IMG/VR virus record: IMGVR_UViG_3300028920_000001
Coordinates: 310,001-374,000 of that record
DNA: 64,000 nt
Direction: 5' to 3' (one strand)
In this document: piece after piece, positions 1-8,562 of the stretch
Layout: every line of letters begins with the position of its first letter
How positions within the stretch are numbered: position 1 is the stretch's first letter
Made by a program: the position numbers and the translations under genes
The notes under the pieces: model-generated
Seen by the model: only the letters and a program-made list of their open reading frames with translations
The model's database searches: none
What the model was told of the DNA's origin: nothing

Positions 1-287
1 AGATTAATCTCATCGAGGTTGGTGGGCATCTTTCCTTCATAGGGATCGGTGCAGATATAGTTAATGACGGCCGCCGTCATCACAGCGGCATTTACTTTAG
101 GAGCGGCTTCAATACAATAATCTCGATAGTGTTTATATTCTGAATTGATTACCATGGTAATGGAATGACCATGATTTTGAAGATGCTCTCCTAGGCGAGT
201 AGCCCAGGTCCCTCGAGCATGATTGGTCAAGATCTTATTGTCGTCGATATGGGTATAAACGGGACCGCCAGTAATCAGAATATCCAT
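1..287 (-). CDS. coaB: Phosphopantothenate-cysteine ligase (CoaB/DFP C-terminal domain)-like protein, 3' end outside window
   Basis: Not in ORF track (runs off the edge). Manual translation from ATG at 287: MDILITGGPVYTHIDDNKILTNHARGTWATRLGEHLQNHGHSITMV...AAVMTAAVINY...EGKM, matching the CoaB pattern LITxG...ID.VR.xTN.SxG and IMxAAVxDY. Confidence 0.65.
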   Translation of the reverse strand, partial: MDILITGGPVYTHIDDNKILTNHARGTWATRLGEHLQNHGHSITMVINSEYKHYRDYCIEAAPKVNAAVMTAAVINYICTDPYEGKMPTNLDEIN

Positions 288-316
288 ATTTAGATATACA
301 ACGGATATCTAAATAT
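286..316. repeat. Perfect 12-bp inverted repeat with 7-nt spacer
   Basis: ATATTTAGATAT (286-297) ACAACGG ATATCTAAATAT (305-316), filling the gap between ORF 317..877 and the coaB-like start. Confidence 0.85.
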
Positions 317-877
317 TTACGCGGCTTCCATTAAGGTTACTACTCTTTGAATTGAGTTCTGAAGCTCACCGGCTTTGCTAGCTGCTTCTTCCAAAGCTTT
401 GACTATTTCCTTTCGGTTGTTACTTTTATCCCTTGGAAGTCTATATTCAAAAGGTTTTAGTTCGGGAGCTCGTTCCAGTTCTTGATGCTCATAAAGATGA
501 GTAAGACGACGTCGAACGTTGTCTTTATCAATTTTATTCTTTGCTTTGAGTTTTTTACAAATTTCGATTGAGGATAATTGGGTGCTGGGTCCGAAGAGTC
601 CCTTTATTTTGGTATCTAGATCTTGGCTACTTAGGCCAACTTGGCCGTTTTTATACCACCAATAACGACCTTTTCGATCTAAGTGTCCTTTATCTCTGGC
701 ATACATTAGTGATCTTCGGGTTGAGTTAATGGAGAGGGGTCTTCCTTGACTGTTAATCCATTTTTGGCATTCTTCAGTGGTTTTTTTCTGGTCGTTGCCT
801 AACAACTTCTTTAGCCAATGAACCAACATCATGGCGTCATTAATTAGTTGCTTAGTGGTACGGAGCTTATTGGCCAT
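317..877 (-). CDS. Hypothetical protein, possibly tandem winged-helix DNA-binding protein
   Basis: 186 aa, basic; two wHTH-like segments (STRRSLMYARDKGHLDRKG; NVRRRLTHLYEHQELER); SD AAGGAG upstream. Confidence 0.55.
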   Translation of the reverse strand: MANKLRTTKQLINDAMMLVHWLKKLLGNDQKKTTEECQKWINSQGRPLSINSTRRSLMYARDKGHLDRKGRYWWYKNGQVGLSSQDLDTKIKGLFGPSTQLSSIEICKKLKAKNKIDKDNVRRRLTHLYEHQELERAPELKPFEYRLPRDKSNNRKEIVKALEEAASKAGELQNSIQRVVTLMEAA

Positions 878-1052
878 TGTGATCTCCTTCAGGATACATT
901 ACACTCTGGAGGATCGAGTTTGCTACTGAGGATCTCGGTTCTCTTGATGAGCTCGCTTCTCTTCATAACCTTACCGCTCTGAATCGGCGATTAAAACTCC
1001 AAAAGAGCGCCGCTATTCAGGACCATTGATTGAAACTGTAATTTAAATAATA

Positions 1053-1274
1053 ATGCAGATATTCAGCTTCACGATTGTTTTGGATGAAATTAATATTTCT
1101 GATGAGATGGCTAATGATCTATACGGTGGGGGGTGTGATGATGCTCTCTTAGCACGTCAAGGAGGAGAGGTTACCCTGGATTTTGATCGTGAAGCTGAAG
1201 ACGAGCAGTCAGCTATTGATTCGGCGATTGAGGATGTCCGCAAGGCAGGATATAAAGTCAGATTTGTTCGTTAG
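1053..1274 (+). CDS. Small acidic conserved bacterial-type hypothetical protein (antitoxin-like family)
   Basis: Motif pattern FTIVL...LYGGGCDDA...LDFDREA...AIDSAIEDV resembles a recurrent bacterial family often found near toxin-antitoxin genes. Confidence 0.5.
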   Translation: MQIFSFTIVLDEINISDEMANDLYGGGCDDALLARQGGEVTLDFDREAEDEQSAIDSAIEDVRKAGYKVRFVR

Positions 1275-1326
1275 GCTTTCAATCTGACTTCACAATTAGG
1301 TTTCCAAGACCTCAAGGAGTTGATTC

Positions 1327-1512
1327 ATGGTTAAGCCTAGTGATGTTGCAAATCGTCTTCGTCAGATCGCAGCCGCGATTGATAATTCGAAATCTCCGAA
1401 ACGGGAACTAGTTGCTGAGGATTTGCAGGAAGTTCTTAGCGTTCTTGAGAATGCGGAGCCCCCGGCAGCAGAGCCCCCGGCAGCAGAGCCCCCGGCACCC
1501 CCGGCCGAATAA
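1327..1512 (+). CDS. Small hypothetical protein, paralog of 7758..8171 N-terminus
   Basis: MVKPSDVANRLRQIAAAIDNSKSPKRELVAEDLQ aligns by eye to MRPSQLAQALRQIATKIENSKAPHRELVAEDIQ; SD AAGGAG. Confidence 0.75.
   Translation: MVKPSDVANRLRQIAAAIDNSKSPKRELVAEDLQEVLSVLENAEPPAAEPPAAEPPAPPAE
1456..1497 (+). repeat. 15-bp tandem repeat (about 3 copies) encoding EPPAA
   Basis: GAGCCCCCGGCAGCA twice plus GAGCCCCCGGCA. Confidence 0.9.
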
Positions 1513-1519
1513 GTCCTGC

Positions 1520-1843
1520 ATGGACTTGGCCAGGATTGCCAGGCGATTGGTCATCGCCAGGCAAATCGCGTATGGCGATGAAGGGACTGGTCTAACTTGG
1601 CAGGCGGATTTCCCTGCGACAACTCCTTGTGAGCACTGCGGGGCAGATGCTCGTCTTGCTTTCACCCTATTGGAAGAGGGTGAGGATGACGAATATATTT
1701 GTAATTTACATGATAATGATCACGAAGAAGGTGGGGAAGGTTTTTGGCTTCATGATGCCGGAGCTTTTGCCTTGTATATTTGTACTGATATAGATTGTGT
1801 AACTAAAACGGGTGGCACTACTACACTTTGGAATCAAGCCTGA
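1520..1843 (+). CDS. Hypothetical protein with N-terminal IAxR motif and Cys/His residues
   Basis: Start reassigned to ATG 1520 (MDLARIARRLVIARQIA) because the longer track ORF overlaps the EPPAA repeat of the upstream gene; CEHC and C/H residues. Confidence 0.7.
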   Translation: MDLARIARRLVIARQIAYGDEGTGLTWQADFPATTPCEHCGADARLAFTLLEEGEDDEYICNLHDNDHEEGGEGFWLHDAGAFALYICTDIDCVTKTGGTTTLWNQA

Positions 1844-2214
1844 TGGATTTTATTAAGATGGCCGCTCGAATTTCAGGGTTAGCTCCTGAATGGTACTCGA
1901 GCGGACGTGAATTTTTAAATAATCAAACACCAATAGATTCTGGTAAAACTCCGGCTGAGGAAAAAGCTGGTACTTCTCTTCCCGGGGATAATCCTGAAGG
2001 CGTCAATCAATACGTAGGAACCAGTCCTCAAAAATTATTAGCTAAACTTCGGACTGAGGACTTGACTTTCGAACAAATAGCCGAAATCGAACATGCTCTT
2101 CAAATTCATTCGGCTTGCACTGGTGATTTTATCGGTACTAAGGCCGAACAAGCATTGGGTTTGAAGCCGCCTAAGCCGCCGGCTCCTAAGCCGCCTCCAT
2201 TTAAACTAACATAA
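1843..2214 (+). CDS. Hypothetical protein, Pro/Lys-rich C-terminus
   Basis: TGATG overlap with previous stop gives MDFIKMAARISG. Confidence 0.7.
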   Translation: MDFIKMAARISGLAPEWYSSGREFLNNQTPIDSGKTPAEEKAGTSLPGDNPEGVNQYVGTSPQKLLAKLRTEDLTFEQIAEIEHALQIHSACTGDFIGTKAEQALGLKPPKPPAPKPPPFKLT

Positions 2215-2317
2215 CTTTTCCGGGGTCATACTCGTCCTCTAGACGTAAGACGTTAGTTGTACCCCAGATCTGACACCTGAGCATTCTCGAACATGTTTTT
2301 AATGTTCGAGAAATAAT

Positions 2318-2989
2318 ATGAAAGGTATTCGAGTATGTCGAAGCTGTGGTCTCCCTAAGGATATAGACCGAGAATACCTTGTTCGGGCCTCTGGTTACGT
2401 TTCTCTGGACTGCGCTGCCTGTGAGCGGGGTAAGGCCCGCCGGAGGCGGAGAGCGCGTTACGGGACCGAAGAAGGGCGACGGAAGATACTTGAAGCCAAT
2501 GCTAAATATCATAAATCTTATTCGAGGAAGGGTCGAATGGCCGGATTGCGTTTAACGGGATTAATTCAGAAATATGCAAATGGTCGAAGAATACTAGACC
2601 CTTATATGAATAATCATTTGGCTAATTTGCTTTGTTCTGGGCTCGAGCTCGTAGGTTGCAGTTTAGATTCAAAGATTGTGAAACTGGTGGAGCAATTATC
2701 TCCTCTCTGTAGCTCTAAGACTGAATTTTATGAAATGGATGGTCTAGAATTTCTAGGTCAAGATGAGCGTAAATATGGATTAATATTTGTTTCTTTACCG
2801 CCATCTGAAGAAGATGGTTGGGCAGACAATTTCGGCTTTCCATTTATTGAACGATGTCAATCACATTTAGAATCGGACGGCCACATCTTATTTTATCTTA
2901 GGAATATATCGGTCTATCAGCCCATTCTTAAGACTAACGGATTTAAGCGACTAGAGCGTCAAGCGGAGATCCATACTTACGGATTGTAG
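2318..2989 (+). CDS. Hypothetical protein: N-terminal CxxC zinc finger, C-terminal degenerate SAM-methyltransferase-like fold
   Basis: CRSC...CAAC; RILDPYM and MDGLEFL...YGLIFVSLP resemble methyltransferase motifs, but the glycine-rich loop is lost. Confidence 0.45.
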   Translation: MKGIRVCRSCGLPKDIDREYLVRASGYVSLDCAACERGKARRRRRARYGTEEGRRKILEANAKYHKSYSRKGRMAGLRLTGLIQKYANGRRILDPYMNNHLANLLCSGLELVGCSLDSKIVKLVEQLSPLCSSKTEFYEMDGLEFLGQDERKYGLIFVSLPPSEEDGWADNFGFPFIERCQSHLESDGHILFYLRNISVYQPILKTNGFKRLERQAEIHTYGL

Positions 2990-2997
2990 ATCTAAAT

Positions 2998-3222
2998 ATG
3001 TCATTCATGATCGATACTCATTGGAAGACTAAAGATGGTCGAATTATTGCCATTAAAGATATGGTTACCCCTCATTTGATCAATGTTTATTGTATGTGTC
3101 GTCTACAAAATGACGATCATAATTTTCCTGAGGAAGTTGCCATTACTGCTGAAATTGAGAAACGGGGACTCAAAAATGAGGTCGATGAATATTTTAAAGT
3201 GTATCGTGTGATGAGATCATGA
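2998..3222 (+). CDS. Small phage hypothetical protein
   Basis: WKTKDGRIIAIKDMVTPHLIN motif typical of small phage ORFs; ATGA-coupled to next gene. Confidence 0.7.
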   Translation: MSFMIDTHWKTKDGRIIAIKDMVTPHLINVYCMCRLQNDDHNFPEEVAITAEIEKRGLKNEVDEYFKVYRVMRS

Positions 3223-3422
3223 AACACGACTGGAAGCGCATTCCGAATCAAATTAAAGGAGGAGGAGTCTATGAATGTTCAGGATGTGGAGAACGGATGA
3301 TTCGTCCCTATCCTATGTCCTATCGGACAGGTAAGCAGATGTCTATGAAGACTTATTTTGATAAACTTGAGATTTCGACTAATTGCACACTTCAAAAAAT
3401 TAAACAAGTGATGAAATCGTGA
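3219..3422 (+). CDS. Small zinc-ribbon-like hypothetical protein
   Basis: HDW...YECSGCG; overlapped start/stop with neighbours. Confidence 0.65.
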   Translation: MKHDWKRIPNQIKGGGVYECSGCGERMIRPYPMSYRTGKQMSMKTYFDKLEISTNCTLQKIKQVMKS

Positions 3423-3625
3423 GTGGAGCAGTTTTAGGAACTCGTGTATTAGTTCCTATGTTTGAATTAACTAGTTGTGCTAAGATTAATCTATCAGTGA
3501 TTAAAAATCGTAGATATTCAAATTATGTTTGTCCTATTTGTGAAGAATTAGTCCCTGATCTTTTGGAGCATGCCGAAAAGATCGGTGATTTTCTTCATGG
3601 TTGGTTAACGATTATGGAGTCATGA
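3419..3625 (+). CDS. Small C2H2-like zinc-finger hypothetical protein
   Basis: CPICEELVPDLLEH...H; GTGA overlap with previous stop. Confidence 0.6.
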   Translation: MSGAVLGTRVLVPMFELTSCAKINLSVIKNRRYSNYVCPICEELVPDLLEHAEKIGDFLHGWLTIMES

Positions 3626-4771
3626 TTACCATTTCCCGTTTGTTACTTGCTTACTACTAATTACTTTAATTTGATTTTGGGGGACGTTTACTGACTGATT
3701 TTCAGGCAGAATTTTGCCTTTGCCTTCTTTTTGAAGTGCGGCTACGCTCTTTACGCCTTTGAGTTTTTCAGTTCCGCTGAGGGCTGGATCATCGTTGTAG
3801 TAATCAAACCAGGGCATGCCATGGGAGGTGTAATCATTGGCAGTAAGTGGTGTAGTTGGTGGGGCTTCTCCAGTAAGAGTTCGCCAAACCATGGAATTAC
3901 AGAGATGAATGAAACAACGCTGTTTGATTTTCTTAGCCCAGACATCAAAGTCATGAGGGTCTTCAAAAATTTGCTGTTTCATTCGTCCACCAGCGGCTAA
4001 GCTCATATCGGCGTCTTCGTTGAGCGCCATGCTATCACAGCAATAATTCATTGAGGTTTTTTCATCAATTTCTCGAGTGGCATTAAATGAACAAAGGGTT
4101 TCTGTCATACTGTAGACACCAACTACGCCACAAGACCCACCTGGGAATCCTCCCATGCTTTGTGGCATAATTCCGCGTGTTACACTGCGCCTTCGTGTGT
4201 CTATTGGACGTTCCGGATACTTTGTATTGAAGATTTCCGCTTTCATCGGAAAAACTTCGATCTGAATGCCACCATGTTTATCTTCTCCGGTAATTTGCTG
4301 TTCAACGGAGAAGCCGCTTCCGAGTGGAGCTGCTACGAATTGACGAACTTCACCGTTTTCGACTACGTAGCCATCGAGCCAGGGCTGTTCAGGTAAAACT
4401 ACGTAATCCTTCTTTTTTAGGCCCTTCTTCCATTCTTTACCGGTAATAGCACTGATTTTGCCGGTAGCAATCTTAATGGCGAATGGATAGGCATGTCCGC
4501 GCTCGTGTATATAATGAGGATGGAAATTAATCCAGAGGGCCTCGGATTGGTACATGGGGATCATAATCCCGCCGTGTTCTACCCATTTCTTTGGCGCTCT
4601 CTTATAATCATCCACGTGTTTAGCTGGGAAGCGACCTAATCCGGGTGGGAGAGCATATTGCTTATCGTCATCTGGGATTCTGAGGGTCCGTTGGAATTCG
4701 ATTGTGCATTTAGCCTCTGGATGAATTTCCGGAAAGCTAAACTCAAGGGCGTCGTGTTGTAGTTCTAGCAT
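3626..4771 (-). CDS. Conserved hypothetical protein of the FQRTLRIPDD...LPPGLGRFP family
   Basis: Signature FQRTLRIPDD, LPPGLGRFP, PMYQSEALWINF, QPWLDG, QFVAAPLGSG; start set at ATG 4771, one base after the XRE stop. Confidence 0.75.
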   Translation of the reverse strand: MLELQHDALEFSFPEIHPEAKCTIEFQRTLRIPDDDKQYALPPGLGRFPAKHVDDYKRAPKKWVEHGGIMIPMYQSEALWINFHPHYIHERGHAYPFAIKIATGKISAITGKEWKKGLKKKDYVVLPEQPWLDGYVVENGEVRQFVAAPLGSGFSVEQQITGEDKHGGIQIEVFPMKAEIFNTKYPERPIDTRRRSVTRGIMPQSMGGFPGGSCGVVGVYSMTETLCSFNATREIDEKTSMNYCCDSMALNEDADMSLAAGGRMKQQIFEDPHDFDVWAKKIKQRCFIHLCNSMVWRTLTGEAPPTTPLTANDYTSHGMPWFDYYNDDPALSGTEKLKGVKSVAALQKEGKGKILPENQSVNVPQNQIKVISSKQVTNGKW

Positions 4772-4772
4772 G

Positions 4773-5120
4773 TCACCATTCTCCATCTCGTACTTGACGG
4801 ACAATTCTCAGAATCGAATGATCTGGTTCTTTGTCCATAGTTTCCATGAGTTGCTCAAAGACTTCCGGCCTTCTGATAATATAAGACTGGAGTCTTTTTG
4901 AGACTTTGCCTGCCATAGCGAAAAGAACGGTTTCGTTGATTTCCAGATCTTTGGCAAGAGCGATGAGCAGATCATCGGACGGGGCCACTCCTTCACGTTC
5001 GACTTTGCTCAGGTAGGTTTGTTGGAATCTGATTCTTTCAGCGACCTTTCGGAGCGAATACTTCGGATCCTGTTTTCGTTTCGCCTCTCGGATTTTCCGA
5101 AGTTGTTTTCCGAATCCCAT
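4773..5120 (-). CDS. XRE/Cro-C1 family helix-turn-helix regulator
   Basis: FGKQLRKIRE...SLRKVAERI...YLSKVERE...PSDDLLIALAKDL. Confidence 0.9.
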   Translation of the reverse strand: MGFGKQLRKIREAKRKQDPKYSLRKVAERIRFQQTYLSKVEREGVAPSDDLLIALAKDLEINETVLFAMAGKVSKRLQSYIIRRPEVFEQLMETMDKEPDHSILRIVRQVRDGEW

Positions 5121-5185
5121 GTGTGTACCTTACCATACAAACATTACATTCGTCAAGTGTTTTTATCACGTGTAATTTCGGAAAG

Positions 5186-6955
5186 ATGAAGAAAAAAATA
5201 TTAATAATTGTTTTGGGAATAATTATTTGTTCAGTAATTGGTCTCTGGTTTGCGGCTCCATCAATTGCTCGTTGGTATATTTTAGACAAGTATTCCTATA
5301 TTACATCAGTTGGTGAAATTAAGATTAACAAAGATGAAATTGAAATTCAACAAGTTATAGTAGACAAAGATAATATAGAAGGAATTCTAAGAACTGTTGT
5401 TTTTGATTATGACACCACAATTATAATCGAAGGTGGATTCCTACTGGTTGACTTGAATAAAGGCCGTCCTAAAGCTGAAAGTGTTGGGAATGCTAAGAAA
5501 TATACGATTATTGCACGAAAATTAAATGTTAATGTCAAAGTTAAAGATTATTTGGTTAAATTAAGTGATGTTGCTTATAATGACCCTAGTATTCAGGGTG
5601 AAAATGAAGTTTCTTTTAAGGAGGCAACTGCTGAAATTCCAAAATTAGAAAATGTTAAAGCTTACGGTGGTAGTTATGATCTTTTGAGTAAAAAGTTTTT
5701 GCTCGGTTCCGTTAATTTTGATTTCAAATTGCCGATCAAAATTCCAACCGTAGATGCAAAACAATCCGTTTATGCAAATTCAATTTACGTAGATTTGCCT
5801 ACTAAATTAGTTAAGGCAAAAGAAATTTCATTTTCCTCTGAGGATTCAGAATATCCTCACACTACAATTCAAAATTTAGCTGTCACATATTCAAATAAAA
5901 TTGTAGTTACTGCCTCTGAACTCAATACGATGCATCCTTGGTTTCAGAGATCAGAAACAGAACCATTTATATTAAATAAATTCCAAGTCGAAGCGCCTGT
6001 TTCATTAATAAAAGAAAAACGCGGGAAAATTAGTATTTTTCATAATGATATAATAATAGAAATTGATCCTGTTCTTTTTGGTATTAAAACAAATGAAGCA
6101 TCCTGTGCATCATGGCTTGGTTTGACTTCGGGTTTAGAATTTATTGATTATAATGATATTAGCGGGAAATTTGGATTTGAGGTTGCACTAGAACCAGAGC
6201 CTAAGGTGAAAGTAAAAAGCACCTGTGAGGTAAACTGTAAAGCTGACTTTATAGTAGCTTTAAAGAAAGAATTTACTTATACTGCTTATCATGCTGACGG
6301 GGAGCCATTTGAGAGAACAACTGGAAAGCGAACTAAAGAATGGGCTTCATTAGCCGGATCTCCTCCTTGGGTGACGCAAGGTTTTATTTTATTTGAAGAT
6401 CCTTGGTTTGAACGTCATAAAGGCTATCAAAATAGCGCATTTTTGAATTCGCTTAAGGCGAATCTTCGAGCTAAGAAATTCGTGCGCGGTGGTAGTACAA
6501 TCCCAATGCAATTAGCTAAGAATTTATGGCTTGGACGACGTAAGACATTAGATCGGAAATTTCAAGAAATCATTCTAGCAACTGCGCTTGAGGGTTGTTT
6601 TCTCAAGCATGAAATCCTGGAGCTCTATGTAAACGTAGTAGAATTTGGTCCAGATATTTATGGGATCAGAGATGCTGCGTGGCATTATTTTAAAAAAGAT
6701 ACTGGTTTTTTGACACCTTTGGAGGCTTATTATTTAGCCAGAATTCTTCCTCGTCCTCATAGTGCAACCCCGCCTGATAAGGGTGGGCTTGAACATGTAA
6801 AGAAATTATTGGCTAAGATGATTAAAACTCATAATATTCCAAAACACTTGGTGTTAGAGGATGAGATTGCTTTCTATATAGGATATAAAGAAGATGGAGT
6901 TGATACAACAAATACTGAAGACCCGGATTTTTCAGATTCTGACTCAGAAGAGTGA
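5186..6955 (+). CDS. Membrane-anchored biosynthetic peptidoglycan transglycosylase (GT51 domain, no transpeptidase)
   Basis: N-terminal TM MKKKILIIVLGIIICSVIGLWF; GT51 motifs EDPWFERHKG, GGSTIPMQLAKN, RKFQE, KHEILELYVNVVEFG, YLARILPRP. Confidence 0.9.
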   Translation: MKKKILIIVLGIIICSVIGLWFAAPSIARWYILDKYSYITSVGEIKINKDEIEIQQVIVDKDNIEGILRTVVFDYDTTIIIEGGFLLVDLNKGRPKAESVGNAKKYTIIARKLNVNVKVKDYLVKLSDVAYNDPSIQGENEVSFKEATAEIPKLENVKAYGGSYDLLSKKFLLGSVNFDFKLPIKIPTVDAKQSVYANSIYVDLPTKLVKAKEISFSSEDSEYPHTTIQNLAVTYSNKIVVTASELNTMHPWFQRSETEPFILNKFQVEAPVSLIKEKRGKISIFHNDIIIEIDPVLFGIKTNEASCASWLGLTSGLEFIDYNDISGKFGFEVALEPEPKVKVKSTCEVNCKADFIVALKKEFTYTAYHADGEPFERTTGKRTKEWASLAGSPPWVTQGFILFEDPWFERHKGYQNSAFLNSLKANLRAKKFVRGGSTIPMQLAKNLWLGRRKTLDRKFQEIILATALEGCFLKHEILELYVNVVEFGPDIYGIRDAAWHYFKKDTGFLTPLEAYYLARILPRPHSATPPDKGGLEHVKKLLAKMIKTHNIPKHLVLEDEIAFYIGYKEDGVDTTNTEDPDFSDSDSEE

Positions 6956-7256
6956 TCATGTAAGTGAGCATATTTTTACATTTGAACAAGATGGCATTCG
7001 TTCATATTACTTAACTTATGATTCTAATGGATATTCTTTATTTCTTGAATCTCAAAAAATAGCATATTATCCAATCTTTAATTTAATTGATGCTGCAATT
7101 GTTGATCAAATTGTATCTGACATTTTAAATGTTGAGTTGGTAGCTCGTATTATGGAAGTGGATCGTTCTTTTCAGGGATGGAGTGTGTCTGAAAATGTTG
7201 GGATCGGTATAGCGAATCCTCGTGGTTTAAAACAACTTCGTCTTAAATCAGATTAG
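6894..7256 (+). CDS. Hypothetical protein (start uncertain)
   Basis: ORF track; overlaps the upstream gene end. Confidence 0.5.
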   Translation: MELIQQILKTRIFQILTQKSDHVSEHIFTFEQDGIRSYYLTYDSNGYSLFLESQKIAYYPIFNLIDAAIVDQIVSDILNVELVARIMEVDRSFQGWSVSENVGIGIANPRGLKQLRLKSD

Positions 7257-7689
7257 GTTCTGATTCTTCCATTTTGACGTGTTGAAGATAGCCTGCCAGT
7301 TGTAATCCCTGTACTATTTTGTTTAATGATTCATTCTCTGATTCAAATTCACGAATAAAATTTATAATTTCTTCATTAGTATGTCCAACATTGATGTCGA
7401 TTTGAATGTAATTATTTGTGTTAAAGTCATCTAGAGTATTCCCTAGACTGCCTTTGTCTCCCAGGGCTGCTTCAAGTTCATCATATTGGTCTTGGGTCAA
7501 ATTCATAGGGGGATAAAAGAAAACAGAATAAATCTCACCTGTTGGAGGTTCATTTCCATTTGGAGTGAGACCTTGATCATCTATTATTTCCCAATCTTCA
7601 TATTTTAGAGATAAATTTTTAAGGACATCTTCTGGACTCTTAACTGGAATTGTTTCAGCTATCTTTTTAGCAATTCGACTTAAATTCAT
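7243..7689 (-). CDS. Acidic hypothetical protein with N-terminal IAxKIA motif
   Basis: MNLSRIAKKIAE start; 148 aa. Confidence 0.7.
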   Translation of the reverse strand: MNLSRIAKKIAETIPVKSPEDVLKNLSLKYEDWEIIDDQGLTPNGNEPPTGEIYSVFFYPPMNLTQDQYDELEAALGDKGSLGNTLDDFNTNNYIQIDINVGHTNEEIINFIREFESENESLNKIVQGLQLAGYLQHVKMEESEPNLI

Positions 7690-7702
7690 AATCCAAAATA
7701 CA

Positions 7703-7716
7703 ATTAAGATCTTAAT
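7703..7716. promoter_or_regulatory. 14-bp perfect palindrome in a divergent intergenic region
   Basis: ATTAAGATCTTAAT presents TCTTAAT on both strands, 13 nt before the 7689 start and 41 nt before the 7758 start. Confidence 0.45.
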
Positions 7717-7757
7717 CTGGATTAAAAGTTAAGCTTTCTGGAGTAAGGAGATTTATT

Positions 7758-8171
7758 ATGCGTCCATCTCAATTAGCTCAGGCTCTTCGTCAGATTGCCA
7801 CTAAGATTGAGAATTCTAAGGCTCCTCATCGTGAATTAGTAGCAGAAGATATTCAAGGAATTCTTCAAGAGCTTGAAGAACCATCTCTAACTCGTGAAGA
7901 AGTAGCTAAGATGTGTCCTTCTTGTGCTGAAAAGATGGCCTCTATGGGCATTACTAAAATTTCGTCTGAAGCTATTATGCGAGCAATTGTTTCAGTTGAT
8001 CTGCCTAAGGGTTGGACTGAGGAATCAGCTAAAAAGTGGTGGAATACAGCAACTAAAGGTGCTGAACATAAGAAAACCAAATGTATGGAAAAGATTAAGG
8101 GAAAGGTTTCCAATCCCGGAGCTTTTTGCAATTGGTTAGCTGGTTTAGCTGATTATAAGCCGAGTAAATAA
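7758..8171 (+). CDS. Hypothetical protein, probable virion-internal protein
   Basis: SD AAGGAG; N-terminus paralogous to 1327..1512; CPSC and KCMEKI...PGAFCNWL segments. Confidence 0.75.
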   Translation: MRPSQLAQALRQIATKIENSKAPHRELVAEDIQGILQELEEPSLTREEVAKMCPSCAEKMASMGITKISSEAIMRAIVSVDLPKGWTEESAKKWWNTATKGAEHKKTKCMEKIKGKVSNPGAFCNWLAGLADYKPSK

Positions 8172-8218
8172 TTGTAAATTATTGGGTGTATTAGGTACGT
8201 AAGTACAAATCACCCACT

Positions 8219-8539
8219 GTGAAGAAAATTGAATACATCGCTATTAAGGCAGCTCAAGGGAGTAAAAAATTTTTAAAAAAACTTCGTTCTCATTTTCCTG
8301 ATTCTTTTATTTTTTACACGTCTAACATCGGTTTGCTTGTTTTTTGGAACAATCATGTCAGACCTTTTGAGACAATGCCTATTAAATTACAACAGATTGC
8401 TTCCTACATAGAAGTGTTTGGACCTCGAGCTCAAATACTTAAAGATCGAGAGAATTGTTGTGCTGGTCGTTTTAAAAATCGTCTTTCTCTACGATTCATT
8501 AACAATGAAGTAGTAACTTGGGATGTAATGGCTTTATAA
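8219..8539 (+). CDS. Hypothetical protein
   Basis: ORF track, 106 aa. Confidence 0.5.
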   Translation: MKKIEYIAIKAAQGSKKFLKKLRSHFPDSFIFYTSNIGLLVFWNNHVRPFETMPIKLQQIASYIEVFGPRAQILKDRENCCAGRFKNRLSLRFINNEVVTWDVMAL

Positions 8540-8562
8540 ATTCTTTTTGATTCCAACTTGGT

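Noticed and set aside
880-970. 25-aa minus-strand ORF MKRSELIKRTEILSSKLDPPECNVS upstream of 877
   Set aside because: Too short and without motifs; cannot be distinguished from chance.
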